Below are positions 30,101 through 39,731 of a DNA stretch of 64,000 nucleotides, one piece after another. Below the pieces are notes generated by a model. That model was given only the letters and a program-made list of their open reading frames with translations. It did no database searches and had not been told where the DNA came from. The stretch covers positions 1,232 through 65,231 of the forward strand of contig SKYF01000104.1 of assembly GCA_007128005.1 (NCBI GenBank), written 5' to 3'. Both the position numbers and the translations under genes were made by a program. Within the stretch, counting starts at the first letter, position 1. Each line of letters opens with the position of its first letter. The stretch comes from Bdellovibrionales bacterium (lineage in GTDB: Bacteria > Bdellovibrionota > Bdellovibrionia > Bdellovibrionales > UBA1609).

Positions 30101-31270
30101 ATGAATATTCACGAGTATCAGGCAAAAGAACTGTTGCGAAAGTATGGTGTGGTGACACTAAAGGGTCAGGTCGTGGACAGCCCCGAACAAGCTATCTCTG
30201 CCTCTAAGACAATGGGAGGCAATGTTTGGGTTGTAAAAGCTCAGATTCACGCTGGAGGTCGGGGAAAAGGTGGAGGAGTTAAGATTGCAAAATCTCCTGA
30301 GGAAGCCGGTGAGCTGACAAAACAGATGATCGGAATGACTTTGGTGACTCCTCAAACTGGGCCCGAGGGCAAAGAGGTGGGAAAGGTCCTTATTGAAGAG
30401 GGCTGCAATATTCTTAAAGAGTACTACGTTGCCGTCTTAGTGGATCGTGCCTTTGGACGGGTGACAATGATGGCAAGCTCTGAGGGCGGGATGGATATTG
30501 AGGAAGTGGCTGAGAAGACGCCCCATCTGATCCATAAGGTTGTGATTGATCCCGCAGTGGGCTTAATGCCCTTTCAGGCCCGACAACTGGCCTTTGCCAT
30601 CGGCATGAAAGACAAAGTTGTAAGTAAGGCTGTCAAGTCCTTCATGTCCCTGTATCAGGCTTTTGTCGACACCGACTGCTCAATGGCTGAAATCAACCCC
30701 CTTGTTGAGACAAAGGAAGGAGAAGTGATCACCCTAGACGCTAAACTCAACTTTGACTCCAACTCTCTGTACAGGCATCCCGGCATTGTGGAGTTAAGAG
30801 ATCTCTCTGAAGAGGACCCTGCTGAAGTTGAAGCCAGTAAATACGACTTGGCCTTTATCAAACTCGACGGCGATATTGGCTGCTTAGTCAATGGGGCCGG
30901 TTTGGCCATGGCCACCATGGATATCATCAAAATACATGGCGGGCAGCCGGCTAATTTTCTAGATGTAGGAGGAGGAGCCAATAAGGAGAAAGTCACTAAT
31001 GCCTTCAAACTGATCCTTCAGGACAAAAACGTGAAAGGCATTTTGGTGAATATTTTTGGTGGAATCATGAAGTGCGACATCATTGCCGAAGGGGTGATTG
31101 CTGCCAGCCGGGAATTGGGGCTCAATGTTCCTCTCGTGGTCAGACTTCAGGGAACAAATGTAGACTTGGGCAAGAAGCTTCTGGCTGAGAGTGGACTCAA
31201 CATCACACCTGCCGATGATCTCACCGATGCTGCTGAAAAAATAGTAACTGCTGTGAAAGGGGGTCAGTAA
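30101..31270 (+). CDS. sucC: succinyl-CoA synthetase beta subunit
   Basis: [18 protein letters not shown]-terminus, an ATP-grasp region, and the C-terminal [14 protein letters not shown] motif. Confidence 0.95.
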   Translation: MNIHEYQAKELLRKYGVVTLKGQVVDSPEQAISASKTMGGNVWVVKAQIHAGGRGKGGGVKIAKSPEEAGELTKQMIGMTLVTPQTGPEGKEVGKVLIEEGCNILKEYYVAVLVDRAFGRVTMMASSEGGMDIEEVAEKTPHLIHKVVIDPAVGLMPFQARQLAFAIGMKDKVVSKAVKSFMSLYQAFVDTDCSMAEINPLVETKEGEVITLDAKLNFDSNSLYRHPGIVELRDLSEEDPAEVEASKYDLAFIKLDGDIGCLVNGAGLAMATMDIIKIHGGQPANFLDVGGGANKEKVTNAFKLILQDKNVKGILVNIFGGIMKCDIIAEGVIAASRELGLNVPLVVRLQGTNVDLGKKLLAESGLNITPADDLTDAAEKIVTAVKGGQ

Positions 31271-32136
31271 TGTCTATCCTCGTCAATAAAGACACCAAGG
31301 TGATCTGTCAGGGCTTTACCGGAGCTCAGGGAACTTTTCACTCTGAACAGGCTCTCGCCTATGGAACGAAAATGGTGGGCGGTGTAACGCCTGGCAAAGG
31401 TGGAGGCCAGCACCTGGGTCTGCCTGTATTTGATACCGTTCGTGAGGCTGTGGAAAAAACAGGGGCCACAGCTTCGGTCGTCTATGTGCCCCCTCCTTTT
31501 GCGGCTGATGCCATCATGGAGGCTGTGGATGCAGAGCTCGATTTGGTCGTTTGTATCACCGAGGGAATCCCCGTCTTGGATATGGTAAAGGCCAAGCGGT
31601 TTATGGAAGGAAAAAAGACCCGCCTCATAGGGCCCAACTGCCCAGGAGTGATCACCCCTGATCAGTGCAAAATTGGAATTATGCCTGGTCATATTCACAA
31701 AGCTGGCTCTGTTGGGGTTTTGTCTCGTTCGGGGACCCTGACCTATGAAGCTGTATGGCAACTCTCACGGGTTGGTTTAGGACAGAGTTCCTGTGTAGGA
31801 ATTGGGGGCGACCCTGTGAATGGAACAAACTTTATAGATGTGCTTGAGATGTTTAACGCAGACCCTGAAACCGAAGCCGTTATCATGATTGGAGAAATTG
31901 GTGGAACAGCCGAGGAAGAGGCCGCTGAGTACATCAAGCGTGAGTTCAAAAAGCCGGTCACCTGCTTTATTGCTGGGGCAACGGCCCCCAAGGGAAAGCG
32001 CATGGGGCATGCCGGAGCCATTATCAGTGGTGGAAAGGGTACGGCCGAGGCCAAGTTTGAGGCCCTGGAGGCTGCAGGCTGCAGAATTGCCCGCAGTCCC
32101 GCTGATCTTGGCAGCACACTCAAAGGAAGCCTCTAA
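31270..32136 (+). CDS. sucD: succinyl-CoA synthetase alpha subunit
   Basis: [23 protein letters not shown] and the phosphohistidine loop MGHAGAII. Confidence 0.95.
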   Translation: MSILVNKDTKVICQGFTGAQGTFHSEQALAYGTKMVGGVTPGKGGGQHLGLPVFDTVREAVEKTGATASVVYVPPPFAADAIMEAVDAELDLVVCITEGIPVLDMVKAKRFMEGKKTRLIGPNCPGVITPDQCKIGIMPGHIHKAGSVGVLSRSGTLTYEAVWQLSRVGLGQSSCVGIGGDPVNGTNFIDVLEMFNADPETEAVIMIGEIGGTAEEEAAEYIKREFKKPVTCFIAGATAPKGKRMGHAGAIISGGKGTAEAKFEALEAAGCRIARSPADLGSTLKGSL

Positions 32137-32186
32137 CCAAAATTTTTAAAACGTGAGACAACTTTATAAAGGATGAAGGAGAAAAA

Positions 32187-32612
32187 ATGTCTACAGAAGT
32201 CACTTTTAGCATCATCAAGCCCAATGCCGTGAAGAAGAATGCGATTGGGGCTATTATTAAAAAATTTGAAGACCAGGGTCTGAAAATCGCTGCAGCCAAG
32301 ATGGCAGTTTTAAGCCAAAGCCAATGCGAAGAATTTTACGCTGAACACAAGGAGCGGCCTTTCTTTGGTGAGCTTGTTAGTTTTATGACTTCAGGCCCAG
32401 TTGTGCTCATGGCTTTAAGTGGCGAAGATGCTGTTGCGAAAAACCGTCAAATCATGGGTGCAACCGACCCAGCAAAAGCTGAAGCCGGAACAATCCGAAA
32501 GGAGTTTGGCGACAGCGTAGGAGAAAATGCTGTCCATGGAAGTGATAGTCCAGCAAGCGCTGAACGGGAGTTGTCTTTGTTTTTTGAAAAATCGGAACTG
32601 GTAAATGCCTGA
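32187..32612 (+). CDS. ndk: nucleoside diphosphate kinase
   Basis: [10 protein letters not shown], an active-site region with NAVHGSDS, and a length of 141 aa. Confidence 0.95.
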   Translation: MSTEVTFSIIKPNAVKKNAIGAIIKKFEDQGLKIAAAKMAVLSQSQCEEFYAEHKERPFFGELVSFMTSGPVVLMALSGEDAVAKNRQIMGATDPAKAEAGTIRKEFGDSVGENAVHGSDSPASAERELSLFFEKSELVNA

Positions 32613-32651
32613 CTGCTTTGAGGCCTAAAAGAGATATGAAGTTTTTGTGAG

Positions 32652-33440
32652 ATGAGAAAAAAGAAACGGTCTTTTCTGATTTTTGCTTTTTTAACATGGT
32701 TCGCAGTCATCTCGTTTGCTGGCTGCTCCTCAAGCCAAAAAAAGCGGGATCAGGAAGTAAACCAAAAAAGGGCCGAGCTGCATATGCAAATCGGCACTTC
32801 TCATCTACTGAACAATCGCTATCCTGAGGCCATGGGTGAATTGCTAACAGCGGTGCAGCTAGACCCTAGGAATCCACAGATCCAAAACAATTTGGCCTTG
32901 GCCTACTTTGCAAGAGGCCGATATGTAGAGTCCGAGCAACATTTTCGACGGGCTCTTGAGATCGATCCGAGGTTCACCGAAGCGCGCAATAATTTGGGCC
33001 GGCTGCTGATGGAGGGACAGAGAATGGATGAGGCAGTGGAACACTTTGTCACTGCCGTCAATGACTTGACCTTTCCCCGTCCAGCCGAATCTCTACTGAA
33101 TTTGGGAGAAGCCTATTTTCGCCAAAAAGACTACCAAAATGCCCGCACTCAGTTGGAAAAATCCGTTCAAATAAATCGGGACAGCTGCCCAGCACAGCTT
33201 TTTTTTGGAAAGACACTCTACGAATTGGGTGAGTTTAACCTGGCAGGTAAGGCTTTGGATGCAGCGATTCGGCTTTGCTCATCGCTGGAAAGCGACAAAC
33301 CCCACTTTTATTCCGCGCTCAGTTATGCAAAGATGGGGGACAGATCAAGAGCCATCGCTCGCCTGGAAGAAATGGTTTCCCTCTATCCCGAAGGATCCCA
33401 CAGGGTGCAGGCTGAACAGATGTTGGATTTATTGAAATGA
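32652..33440 (+). CDS. TPR lipoprotein, PilF/PilW-like (type IV pilus biogenesis/stability family)
   Basis: Lipobox SFAGCSS and several TPR units. Its position between ndk and a RodZ-like gene matches the ndk-(rlmN)-pilF-rodZ arrangement known in Pseudomonas. Confidence 0.6.
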   Translation: MRKKKRSFLIFAFLTWFAVISFAGCSSSQKKRDQEVNQKRAELHMQIGTSHLLNNRYPEAMGELLTAVQLDPRNPQIQNNLALAYFARGRYVESEQHFRRALEIDPRFTEARNNLGRLLMEGQRMDEAVEHFVTAVNDLTFPRPAESLLNLGEAYFRQKDYQNARTQLEKSVQINRDSCPAQLFFGKTLYELGEFNLAGKALDAAIRLCSSLESDKPHFYSALSYAKMGDRSRAIARLEEMVSLYPEGSHRVQAEQMLDLLK

Positions 33441-34297
33441 AGCAGACGGGACAATTACTAAAAAACGCGCGCAACGAACAAGACCTCTCCCTGACAGAGG
33501 TCTCCATGGCTACCAAAATTAGCCCCAAAATTTTGATGGCTATCGAGGAAGGGGATCTAAAGAACTTACCAGCCAAGACATTTTTGCGTGGATTTGTTCG
33601 TTCCTACGCAGCTTTTTTAAAAATTGACTTGGATCTTATTCTACAGACCTTCCAAGATGAAATGGGGTCGACTCTAGCGGAACCTCAAATTGAAAGTACT
33701 CAGCCAGATCCCTCTTGGGCAGGGACCCCTCTGCCTCAACTGACAGACCGAGTGAGCCTGAATAAGGTTGTGGCCGTTGCTGGGATTATTGTACTTATCA
33801 TAGCTATCGTATTCGTTCGAAGCCTTGTACAAAAGTATGAACAGGAAGCAACAATTGCTGAGCTTCCCGCTGAATTGGCCCAGATCACTACGGAAGAGGC
33901 TGATGCCGAGGTCGTCGAAGAGCCACAGGCAGAAGAGAAGCCCCCACAGGTGGAAAAACCACCTCAAGAAGAGCCCGCGGCGGCAGTCTCTCCCGCTGTC
34001 CCCACAGCTTCCCAGCCAAAAGTTCAGGAGCCACAGGTGGAAGTCCCCCCAGCAGACCCTCTCCCTTCCATGGAGGTCACTTTTGAGGCCCTAGACCGGG
34101 TTCAAATTAGCTTCCGTATAGGAACACAGCGTCCCCAACAAATTTCCCTAGAGCCCGACCAAGTTCACAGCCTGAGGGCCCAGGGAGTTTTGAATGTAGA
34201 ACTCAGCGATGGAGGGGCGGTAAATATTATCTATAACGGGCGGGATTTGGGAGTCCCCGGCGATCTGGGTCGCCCGAAACGTCTGCGCTTTCCCTAA
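33437..34297 (+). CDS. rodZ: RodZ-like cytoskeleton protein (XRE-type HTH, TM, Pro/Glu linker, DUF4115-like C-terminus)
   Basis: N-terminal HTH (LKNARNEQDLSLTEVSMATKIS), a central TM (VVAVAGIIVLIIAIVFV), and a C-terminus reading VNIIYNGRDLG. Confidence 0.7.
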   Translation: MKQTGQLLKNARNEQDLSLTEVSMATKISPKILMAIEEGDLKNLPAKTFLRGFVRSYAAFLKIDLDLILQTFQDEMGSTLAEPQIESTQPDPSWAGTPLPQLTDRVSLNKVVAVAGIIVLIIAIVFVRSLVQKYEQEATIAELPAELAQITTEEADAEVVEEPQAEEKPPQVEKPPQEEPAAAVSPAVPTASQPKVQEPQVEVPPADPLPSMEVTFEALDRVQISFRIGTQRPQQISLEPDQVHSLRAQGVLNVELSDGGAVNIIYNGRDLGVPGDLGRPKRLRFP

Positions 34298-34317
34298 GTT
34301 CTTTCAGGAGCTCAAAT

Positions 34318-35547
34318 TTGAAACGCTACTTTTTTGGGTTTTTGGTCTTTTGGGTTTTTTTTCTCCTAATCTATGGGCTATTTCTCAATCGCCATGAAAT
34401 TCGAATTCTTCCTCCCGAACTGGTCCCGCGCAACCCTCCAGGCTTTTATGACTACTCCGGTGTCATACATGTTCAGTCTCATCTTTCGACTGGAAATAGC
34501 GATATTCAGAGCATTGTCCGGGCAGCTCAGCGCTCCAACCTGGATTTTCTATTTATCACTGATTTAAACACCTATGAACGGCCTCTAGAGCTATCAGGGT
34601 ATCACAATCAGCTATTGGTTTTTTTGGATGGGAAATTTTCTTATCTAAATTCACGGCTGCTCAATTTGGATGTCTCTACAATGGACCACCTCACTGGAGT
34701 TGGCCGGGCCCAGGTCGTCTTGACAGATTTACTCAATCAAACTCACCGCTCTCAACAATATGGAATCTTCGTATTGGCCCACCCTCTTAAGCACCGCTTT
34801 CAATGGACTGGAGAGTTCCCCCCAGGCCTTGATGGCATAGAGGTGATTAATTTGCGACATTTATGGCAGCAGGCCTGGCTCAACCATAGAAGCTCTTTTT
34901 TTTGGACTCTTTTTGTCTACCCATTCAATGATCGCCTTGCACTCTTGCGTATATTTAGACATCCGAGACAAGAGTTCCTTCTTTGGGATCGCCTGACACA
35001 GCAACGTCCCACACTGGGCTTCTCCGGAGCAGATGCTGGAGCAAAGATTCGTGCGGGCAGAAGATTTCAACTGGGCTTCCCCAGTTACGAGACTCTGTTT
35101 AATATTTCCCGGACTCATGTGCTCTTGCGTTCTGAGCTCACTGGACATGCAGCAGGAGATCGACAGAAAATTTCCACTGCTCTCCGAAATGGAAACTTTT
35201 TTATTAGCCTCGATAGCCTTGCAAATCCAAAGGGATTTAATGCGCTTTTAATTGATAGGCAGGGGCGAAGTCATCCTATGGGCAGTTCCATTAACTTTAG
35301 TGACGGGTTAAAAATCCGAATTCAATTGCCACAAAAACCTCTGGTTCCCTTCGATGTCCAGCTGTTTCGTGATGGGGAACACATAATGACCTCAAATTCA
35401 GTGGAGACAGAAGTTGCCATTCATAAGCCTGGAGTTTATCGCATCCAAGTTCAAGTCCGACCCTCCCTTCCACTCCCGGATGGACCAAGGTGGTTTCCCT
35501 GGATATACACCAATCCTTTTTATGTTCTTAGGGAATCCGAACAGTAA
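34318..35547 (+). CDS. membrane-anchored PHP/CehA-like phosphoesterase-fold protein (metal motif degenerate)
   Basis: N-terminal TM. IHVQSHLSTGNSDIQSIVRAAQRSNLDFLFITDLN resembles the PHP H-x-H..S.G..(T)DHN motif, but reads HxQ and DLN. Starts at a TTG. Confidence 0.35.
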   Translation: MKRYFFGFLVFWVFFLLIYGLFLNRHEIRILPPELVPRNPPGFYDYSGVIHVQSHLSTGNSDIQSIVRAAQRSNLDFLFITDLNTYERPLELSGYHNQLLVFLDGKFSYLNSRLLNLDVSTMDHLTGVGRAQVVLTDLLNQTHRSQQYGIFVLAHPLKHRFQWTGEFPPGLDGIEVINLRHLWQQAWLNHRSSFFWTLFVYPFNDRLALLRIFRHPRQEFLLWDRLTQQRPTLGFSGADAGAKIRAGRRFQLGFPSYETLFNISRTHVLLRSELTGHAAGDRQKISTALRNGNFFISLDSLANPKGFNALLIDRQGRSHPMGSSINFSDGLKIRIQLPQKPLVPFDVQLFRDGEHIMTSNSVETEVAIHKPGVYRIQVQVRPSLPLPDGPRWFPWIYTNPFYVLRESEQ

Positions 35548-35812
35548 GCCCCTGTTGAGGAGAAAGCTGGCAGGCCAAGCGTTCCTTAGGTTGAAAATCC
35601 CGCATATCAGCAATTTCCTGCTCCAGCTCACTGCGTGGGGGCAGATCCTCAACAGGACTCTCTACAATCACCCGACAGGTGGTGCAAGAGCCCATCCCTC
35701 CACAAGAGTGCTCCAGCTCTAGACGATGCTTCAGAGCCACTTCAAGAACCGTCTCACAGCCTGAAAAATCGAGTGGCTTGACCTCTGGAAATATAAACAT
35801 TTGTGACTTCAT
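35528..35812 (-). CDS. [2Fe-2S] ferredoxin (adrenodoxin/Fdx-like, short)
   Basis: Cluster motif C-x5-C-x2-C (SCGGMGSCTTC) plus the distal Cys in RLACQ. Confidence 0.8.
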   Translation of the reverse strand: MKSQMFIFPEVKPLDFSGCETVLEVALKHRLELEHSCGGMGSCTTCRVIVESPVEDLPPRSELEQEIADMRDFQPKERLACQLSPQQGLTVRIP

Positions 35813-35850
35813 CGGTTGAACCCATCATAGATCCTAAGGTATAAAAAATC

Positions 35851-36462
35851 ATGAGATTTATTGCTTTTGACCTTGAGACGACTGGAACATTGCCCGGAGT
35901 GGACCGGATTGTTGAGATTGGAGCTGTGCGTTTTATCGATGGAGAAGTCGAGGCTGTTTTTTCGACTCTAGTAGACCCAGGTATACCCATGCCTGAGGCG
36001 GCCTCAAGAGTGAACCTTATCACCGATGATATGCTCATGGGCAAACCTCAGATTGAGAGCCTCTTAGATCCCTTTGCAGATTTTTGCGGAGATGACATCC
36101 TAGTGGCTCATAATGCCGTCTTTGATACTCAGTTTTTGTCCGCAGATATAAAGAAGTATGAGAGCCGAGCTGGCAAAGGATTGGTCTTAGACACCTACTC
36201 CATGGCTAAAAAAGTTTATCCGGGCTTAGCGAACTACCGACTGGGAACCCTGGTGCAACACCTCGGAATCCCAAGTAGCCAATTTCACCGAGCTGAAGAA
36301 GATGCCTCCTACTGTGCCAAGCTCTTTATAAAAATGATTGAAAAAATCAACGGCCACACTGAATCCTTGCCCCCAATAGACAACTTAGTTGCCCTCACAG
36401 GACGAGATCCCCTCTACTTGCCTCAGATCATCCCCCAGCCCAAACAGCTTTCACTGCTATAA
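35851..36462 (+). CDS. DEDDh 3'-5' exonuclease (DnaQ/Pol III epsilon-like)
   Basis: ExoI FDLETTG, ExoII VAHNAVFDTQFL and ExoIII HRAEEDA. Confidence 0.85.
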   Translation: MRFIAFDLETTGTLPGVDRIVEIGAVRFIDGEVEAVFSTLVDPGIPMPEAASRVNLITDDMLMGKPQIESLLDPFADFCGDDILVAHNAVFDTQFLSADIKKYESRAGKGLVLDTYSMAKKVYPGLANYRLGTLVQHLGIPSSQFHRAEEDASYCAKLFIKMIEKINGHTESLPPIDNLVALTGRDPLYLPQIIPQPKQLSLL

Positions 36463-36472
36463 AAAAGAGTTT

Positions 36473-38143
36473 TCAATAATAAGCTCGATGGGCAATGGGA
36501 AAGCGTCTGCCTCGACCAAAGGAGTGGCTGGATAGCTTTAAAATAGGGGGGGCCTGCCACCTTTTAAACTCAGAGCCCATCATTGCTTTCAGTACCTGTT
36601 GATCCAAAGTTCCCCTCGCTTTGGAGTGACCCTCAACTAACTTCTCCACAACACCATCCAATTGGCTATAGGGGGGCAGGTGATCCTCATCCTTCTGATT
36701 GGCAGCAAGCTCTGCACTGGGTGGCCGATCAATAATGAACTCAGGTATCAGATCCCCTTCCCTTTGAAACAGCCTCGCCAAATCATAGACCTCTCTTTTT
36801 AACAGGTCCCCAATCACACAGATTCCCCCACTGAGATCGCCATAAAGTGTGCTATAGCCCATCGCAAGCTCACTCTTGTTGCTCGTGTTTAGCAACAGGC
36901 TGTGATATTTGTTGGCGTAGGCCATTAAAAAGAGCGCTCTTTGTCTGGCCTGCAAATTCTCGTGGGTCAGACCAAAGTTTCCCATACCAAAAAGCTTATC
37001 CAAGGCCTCAACTTGCCTCTCAAAAAGATCACCAATGGGGAGCTGATAACAGCCAATTCCCAAGCGCTTCGCAAGCTCATGGGTGGCAGCTAAACCCTCC
37101 TCTGAGGTGTAGGGACCAGGCAGAGTCAAAGCCGCGACACTCTCAGGTCCCAGCGCCTCTGCAGCCAAACAGGCCACCACCGCTGAATCCACCCCCCCGC
37201 TGAGTCCTAAATGAACTCTTTGAAATCCCGTTTTGCGAACAAAATCTCTGAGCCCTAAGACAATGGCCTGTCTTCTCTGCTCGGTCAGGTCCTCAGTCAG
37301 CTGATCAAGTCCAGTCTTGCCAGATCTCTTTGGTAGGTGGGAAAAATCAATGACTTTGAAATCCTCCTCAAAGCGACGACACTGAATAAGAGTTCGCCCT
37401 TTGTCATCCACAGCATAACTTCCCCCATCAAATACCATCTCATCCTGTCCCCCGACCATGTTGACGTAAAGCATGGGTGCTCCAAAGTGCCGAGCAGTCT
37501 GAGCGACAACAAACTGCCTGGCTTTGAGTTTTTCATCGGTAAAAGGGGAGGCGCTCAAGTTAACTACCAAATCAATGTCTGTACTTTGAATCTCCGCTAA
37601 AGGATTTTGTCCATAGCGGGCATAAGCAGGAGAGTAAGGACTATTCCAAGCCCAAATATCTTCACAGATGGTTACAATGAGCTTTTTACCTTTGAAACTA
37701 AAGATATTCTTTGCCGTCTCACCCGGTTCAATATGACGACTCTCATCGAACACATCATAGGTGGGAAGAAGTTGCTTGGGAAAAACCCTTGGTTTTTTTC
37801 CCTGCTGTAGGAAAAGAGCCGCATTGTAATACGCCTTTCCTCTTTTCTTTCCACTTGGAACTATGGCCCCAATAAACACTCCGATGCCTTTTGGCAGCTG
37901 CTTTTGTAAGCTGTCTAGGACCTTCATCTGAGCTTCCACAATGCTCTGTCTTTCCAGCAGGTCCATGGGATGATAGCCAAATAAACTGGCTTCCGGAAAC
38001 ACCACCAAATCACAGCCCTCGGAATGGGCCCGCTTGACCCCTCTTAAAATAAGTCTGGAGTTCTCTAAAAAGGCCCCCAAAGTGGGGTTGATCTGCGCCA
38101 AGGCAATTTTAAAAGGCACCATGGCCATGCTCATTAACATCAA
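36473..38143 (-). CDS. nadE: glutamine-dependent NAD+ synthetase (nitrilase domain + NadE domain)
   Basis: N-terminal CN-hydrolase domain (FPEASLFGY, ICEDIW) and the C-terminal PP-loop GLSGGVDSAV. Confidence 0.9.
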   Translation of the reverse strand: MMLMSMAMVPFKIALAQINPTLGAFLENSRLILRGVKRAHSEGCDLVVFPEASLFGYHPMDLLERQSIVEAQMKVLDSLQKQLPKGIGVFIGAIVPSGKKRGKAYYNAALFLQQGKKPRVFPKQLLPTYDVFDESRHIEPGETAKNIFSFKGKKLIVTICEDIWAWNSPYSPAYARYGQNPLAEIQSTDIDLVVNLSASPFTDEKLKARQFVVAQTARHFGAPMLYVNMVGGQDEMVFDGGSYAVDDKGRTLIQCRRFEEDFKVIDFSHLPKRSGKTGLDQLTEDLTEQRRQAIVLGLRDFVRKTGFQRVHLGLSGGVDSAVVACLAAEALGPESVAALTLPGPYTSEEGLAATHELAKRLGIGCYQLPIGDLFERQVEALDKLFGMGNFGLTHENLQARQRALFLMAYANKYHSLLLNTSNKSELAMGYSTLYGDLSGGICVIGDLLKREVYDLARLFQREGDLIPEFIIDRPPSAELAANQKDEDHLPPYSQLDGVVEKLVEGHSKARGTLDQQVLKAMMGSEFKRWQAPPILKLSSHSFGRGRRFPIAHRAYY

Positions 38144-38166
38144 AGCTTAACAAGTAAAAGAATCTT

Positions 38167-39000
38167 TTAGCTGGCATCCGTGGAGTTGCGAATCTGCAGA
38201 GCCTGAGTACCCAAAAAGTACAAAATCGCCAAAATAATCAAGGCGATGAGCATAAAGCGCAGCAGAACCCCAAAAGTCCAGGGCTCCATATCTTCACTGT
38301 CTTTGGCCACAGCAGGGGCCCTCTCTACTTTGATCAAATCCGGGCGCAGATTTTCTTCCTGTTCGCGCTTAAGAGGTGTCATGGGCCGTCTTTCACCCTG
38401 CTCAGGCAGTTTGCGCTCCTCCACCCAACCCATCTGACCGCCGCGAAGCCCCCGGCGGCGGGCCCCTGCTTGGTCGGACATTCCCGTGCCGGCAGACAAA
38501 AACCCCGTGCTTCCCGTGTATCGATCACGGCCGGCCTTTCCTCCCTCAGCCCCTGCCACCATGGTCCGCGGCCTGGAGCTTCGGCCATCAGAGACCCAGC
38601 CTCCGGGCTCTGAAGCCCGATCTCCTCCCGGGCCGGCTCTCACCCGCGCGGCCTCAATGTACTCCCTTCGACCACCATCCCCCTCTCCTCCAGCTCCACC
38701 AGACCCTGCACCACTGCCGTCCCCAGCCCCTGCTGTTCCTAGGCCTACATGAGGTCGGCCACTGGCCAATGAGAACTCGGCAAACTCCTGGTCACAGATT
38801 CCCTGAACTCCCCCTTGGGCCCCCAAGGAGGGCAGCTCCCCTGTCTCAAGAATGCAGGCCAAGTACTCCCCAAAATATCCTTGAGCCCACTGCCGAAAGG
38901 CATCGTTGAATTGATAGATCACCCCCATCATCACGACAAAGGTGATAACCAAAATCAGTAGGTACTCAAGCATGGCCTGCCCACTTTGAGAGTTTCTCAT
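38167..39000 (-). CDS. Flp/TadE-type leader protein with Gly/Arg-rich disordered body and C-terminal TM anchor
   Basis: The ATG at 39000 gives MRNSQSGQAMLEYLLILVITFVVMM, a class-III (G-xxxx-EY) prepilin motif. About 180 aa of G/R/A-rich low complexity follows, encoded by a visibly GC-rich stretch at about 38400-38760. It ends in the TM segment WTFGVLLRFMLIALIILAILYFLG. Divergent from flp. Confidence 0.6.
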   Translation of the reverse strand: MRNSQSGQAMLEYLLILVITFVVMMGVIYQFNDAFRQWAQGYFGEYLACILETGELPSLGAQGGVQGICDQEFAEFSLASGRPHVGLGTAGAGDGSGAGSGGAGGEGDGGRREYIEAARVRAGPGGDRASEPGGWVSDGRSSRPRTMVAGAEGGKAGRDRYTGSTGFLSAGTGMSDQAGARRRGLRGGQMGWVEERKLPEQGERRPMTPLKREQEENLRPDLIKVERAPAVAKDSEDMEPWTFGVLLRFMLIALIILAILYFLGTQALQIRNSTDAS

Positions 39001-39262
39001 ACCTCTGTCATCGGACACTGTCTCAAAAAAATTGAAAAAGTCTGTAAAAAGAGGCCATCCCACTTTGATTTGTCTCACTCTGAAACAAAATCGCCCTTCC
39101 AAGTGGTCCTGCGCTGTCTATGGAGTTGACAGTCAAAAAACAATTTTTGGTTTCTGAATATTTTGTGTTAATATTAAAAACAGTTCATCGCAGTGATTCC
39201 AGTCCCGTCGCCCTGACACGTCCTCCTGGAAGCACAAAAAGCCATAAAAAAACAAACGACTA

Positions 39263-39290
39263 TAATGTGATCAACAGCCCAGACCGATAA
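39263..39290 (+). promoter_or_regulatory. sigma-28 (FliA)-like promoter motif upstream of flp
   Basis: ACCGATAA (39283-39290) matches GCCGATAA at 7 of 8 positions. The -35 is weak: TAAT at 39263-39266, with a 16-nt spacer. It ends 8 nt before the SD AAGGGGG. Confidence 0.3.
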
Positions 39291-39310
39291 GGGCTTTAAG
39301 GGGGTATATT

Positions 39311-39502
39311 ATGAAAAAGCTAAAGCAAACATTTCAACATCTCATTGAAGATGAGTCCGGACAAGGTGCCACAGAGTACATCCTTATTATGGTGATTGTT
39401 GTGGCTGTAGTCATCGCCTTCGGAGGAGAATTCAGAAACCGTGTTGTCGGAGCTGCCGAAAGTCTTGGCGCCCAAATCAGTGAAGCTATGAACTTTAGAT
39501 AA
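39311..39502 (+). CDS. flp: Flp-family type IVb pilin
   Basis: 63 aa with the Flp motif SGQGATEYILIMVIVVAVVIAF (G/ATEY processing site followed by a hydrophobic helix). Confidence 0.9.
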   Translation: MKKLKQTFQHLIEDESGQGATEYILIMVIVVAVVIAFGGEFRNRVVGAAESLGAQISEAMNFR

Positions 39503-39530
39503 TCTTCTTTCTGACCATGGAGTTCGCAGC

Positions 39531-39725
39531 ATGACGACGGAACTGATATTACTTTTAGCCATTTACCTTCTGCTGATTGTGGGAGTGTTTTTTGGCGAAC
39601 TGGGTCCTATTGAGACCTTTCATCGGTCGGCTCCCCGCCTGGGAGCTCAGATCGAGAGAGATATCTCCATAGGCCATGAATTTCAAAGCCCCAGAGCCAA
39701 CAAAGGAGTGCGCTGGGTTGAGTGA
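39531..39725 (+). CDS. small hydrophobic-N-terminus protein of the tad locus (leaderless pilin-like?)
   Basis: 64 aa beginning MTTELILLLAIYLLLIVGVFF. The N-terminus resembles a mature Flp N-terminus without a leader. GGAG lies 9 nt upstream. Confidence 0.45.
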   Translation: MTTELILLLAIYLLLIVGVFFGELGPIETFHRSAPRLGAQIERDISIGHEFQSPRANKGVRWVE

Positions 39726-39731
39726 GGAACA

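Noticed and set aside
38376-38909. Long Pro-rich ORFs on the + strand (177 aa, 88 aa) and a 69-aa minus-strand ORF overlapping the Gly/Arg-rich gene
   Set aside because: The locally GC-rich, low-complexity DNA is open in several frames. Only the 38167-39000 minus-strand frame has a recognisable N-terminal pilin-type motif, a C-terminal TM and a sensible start.
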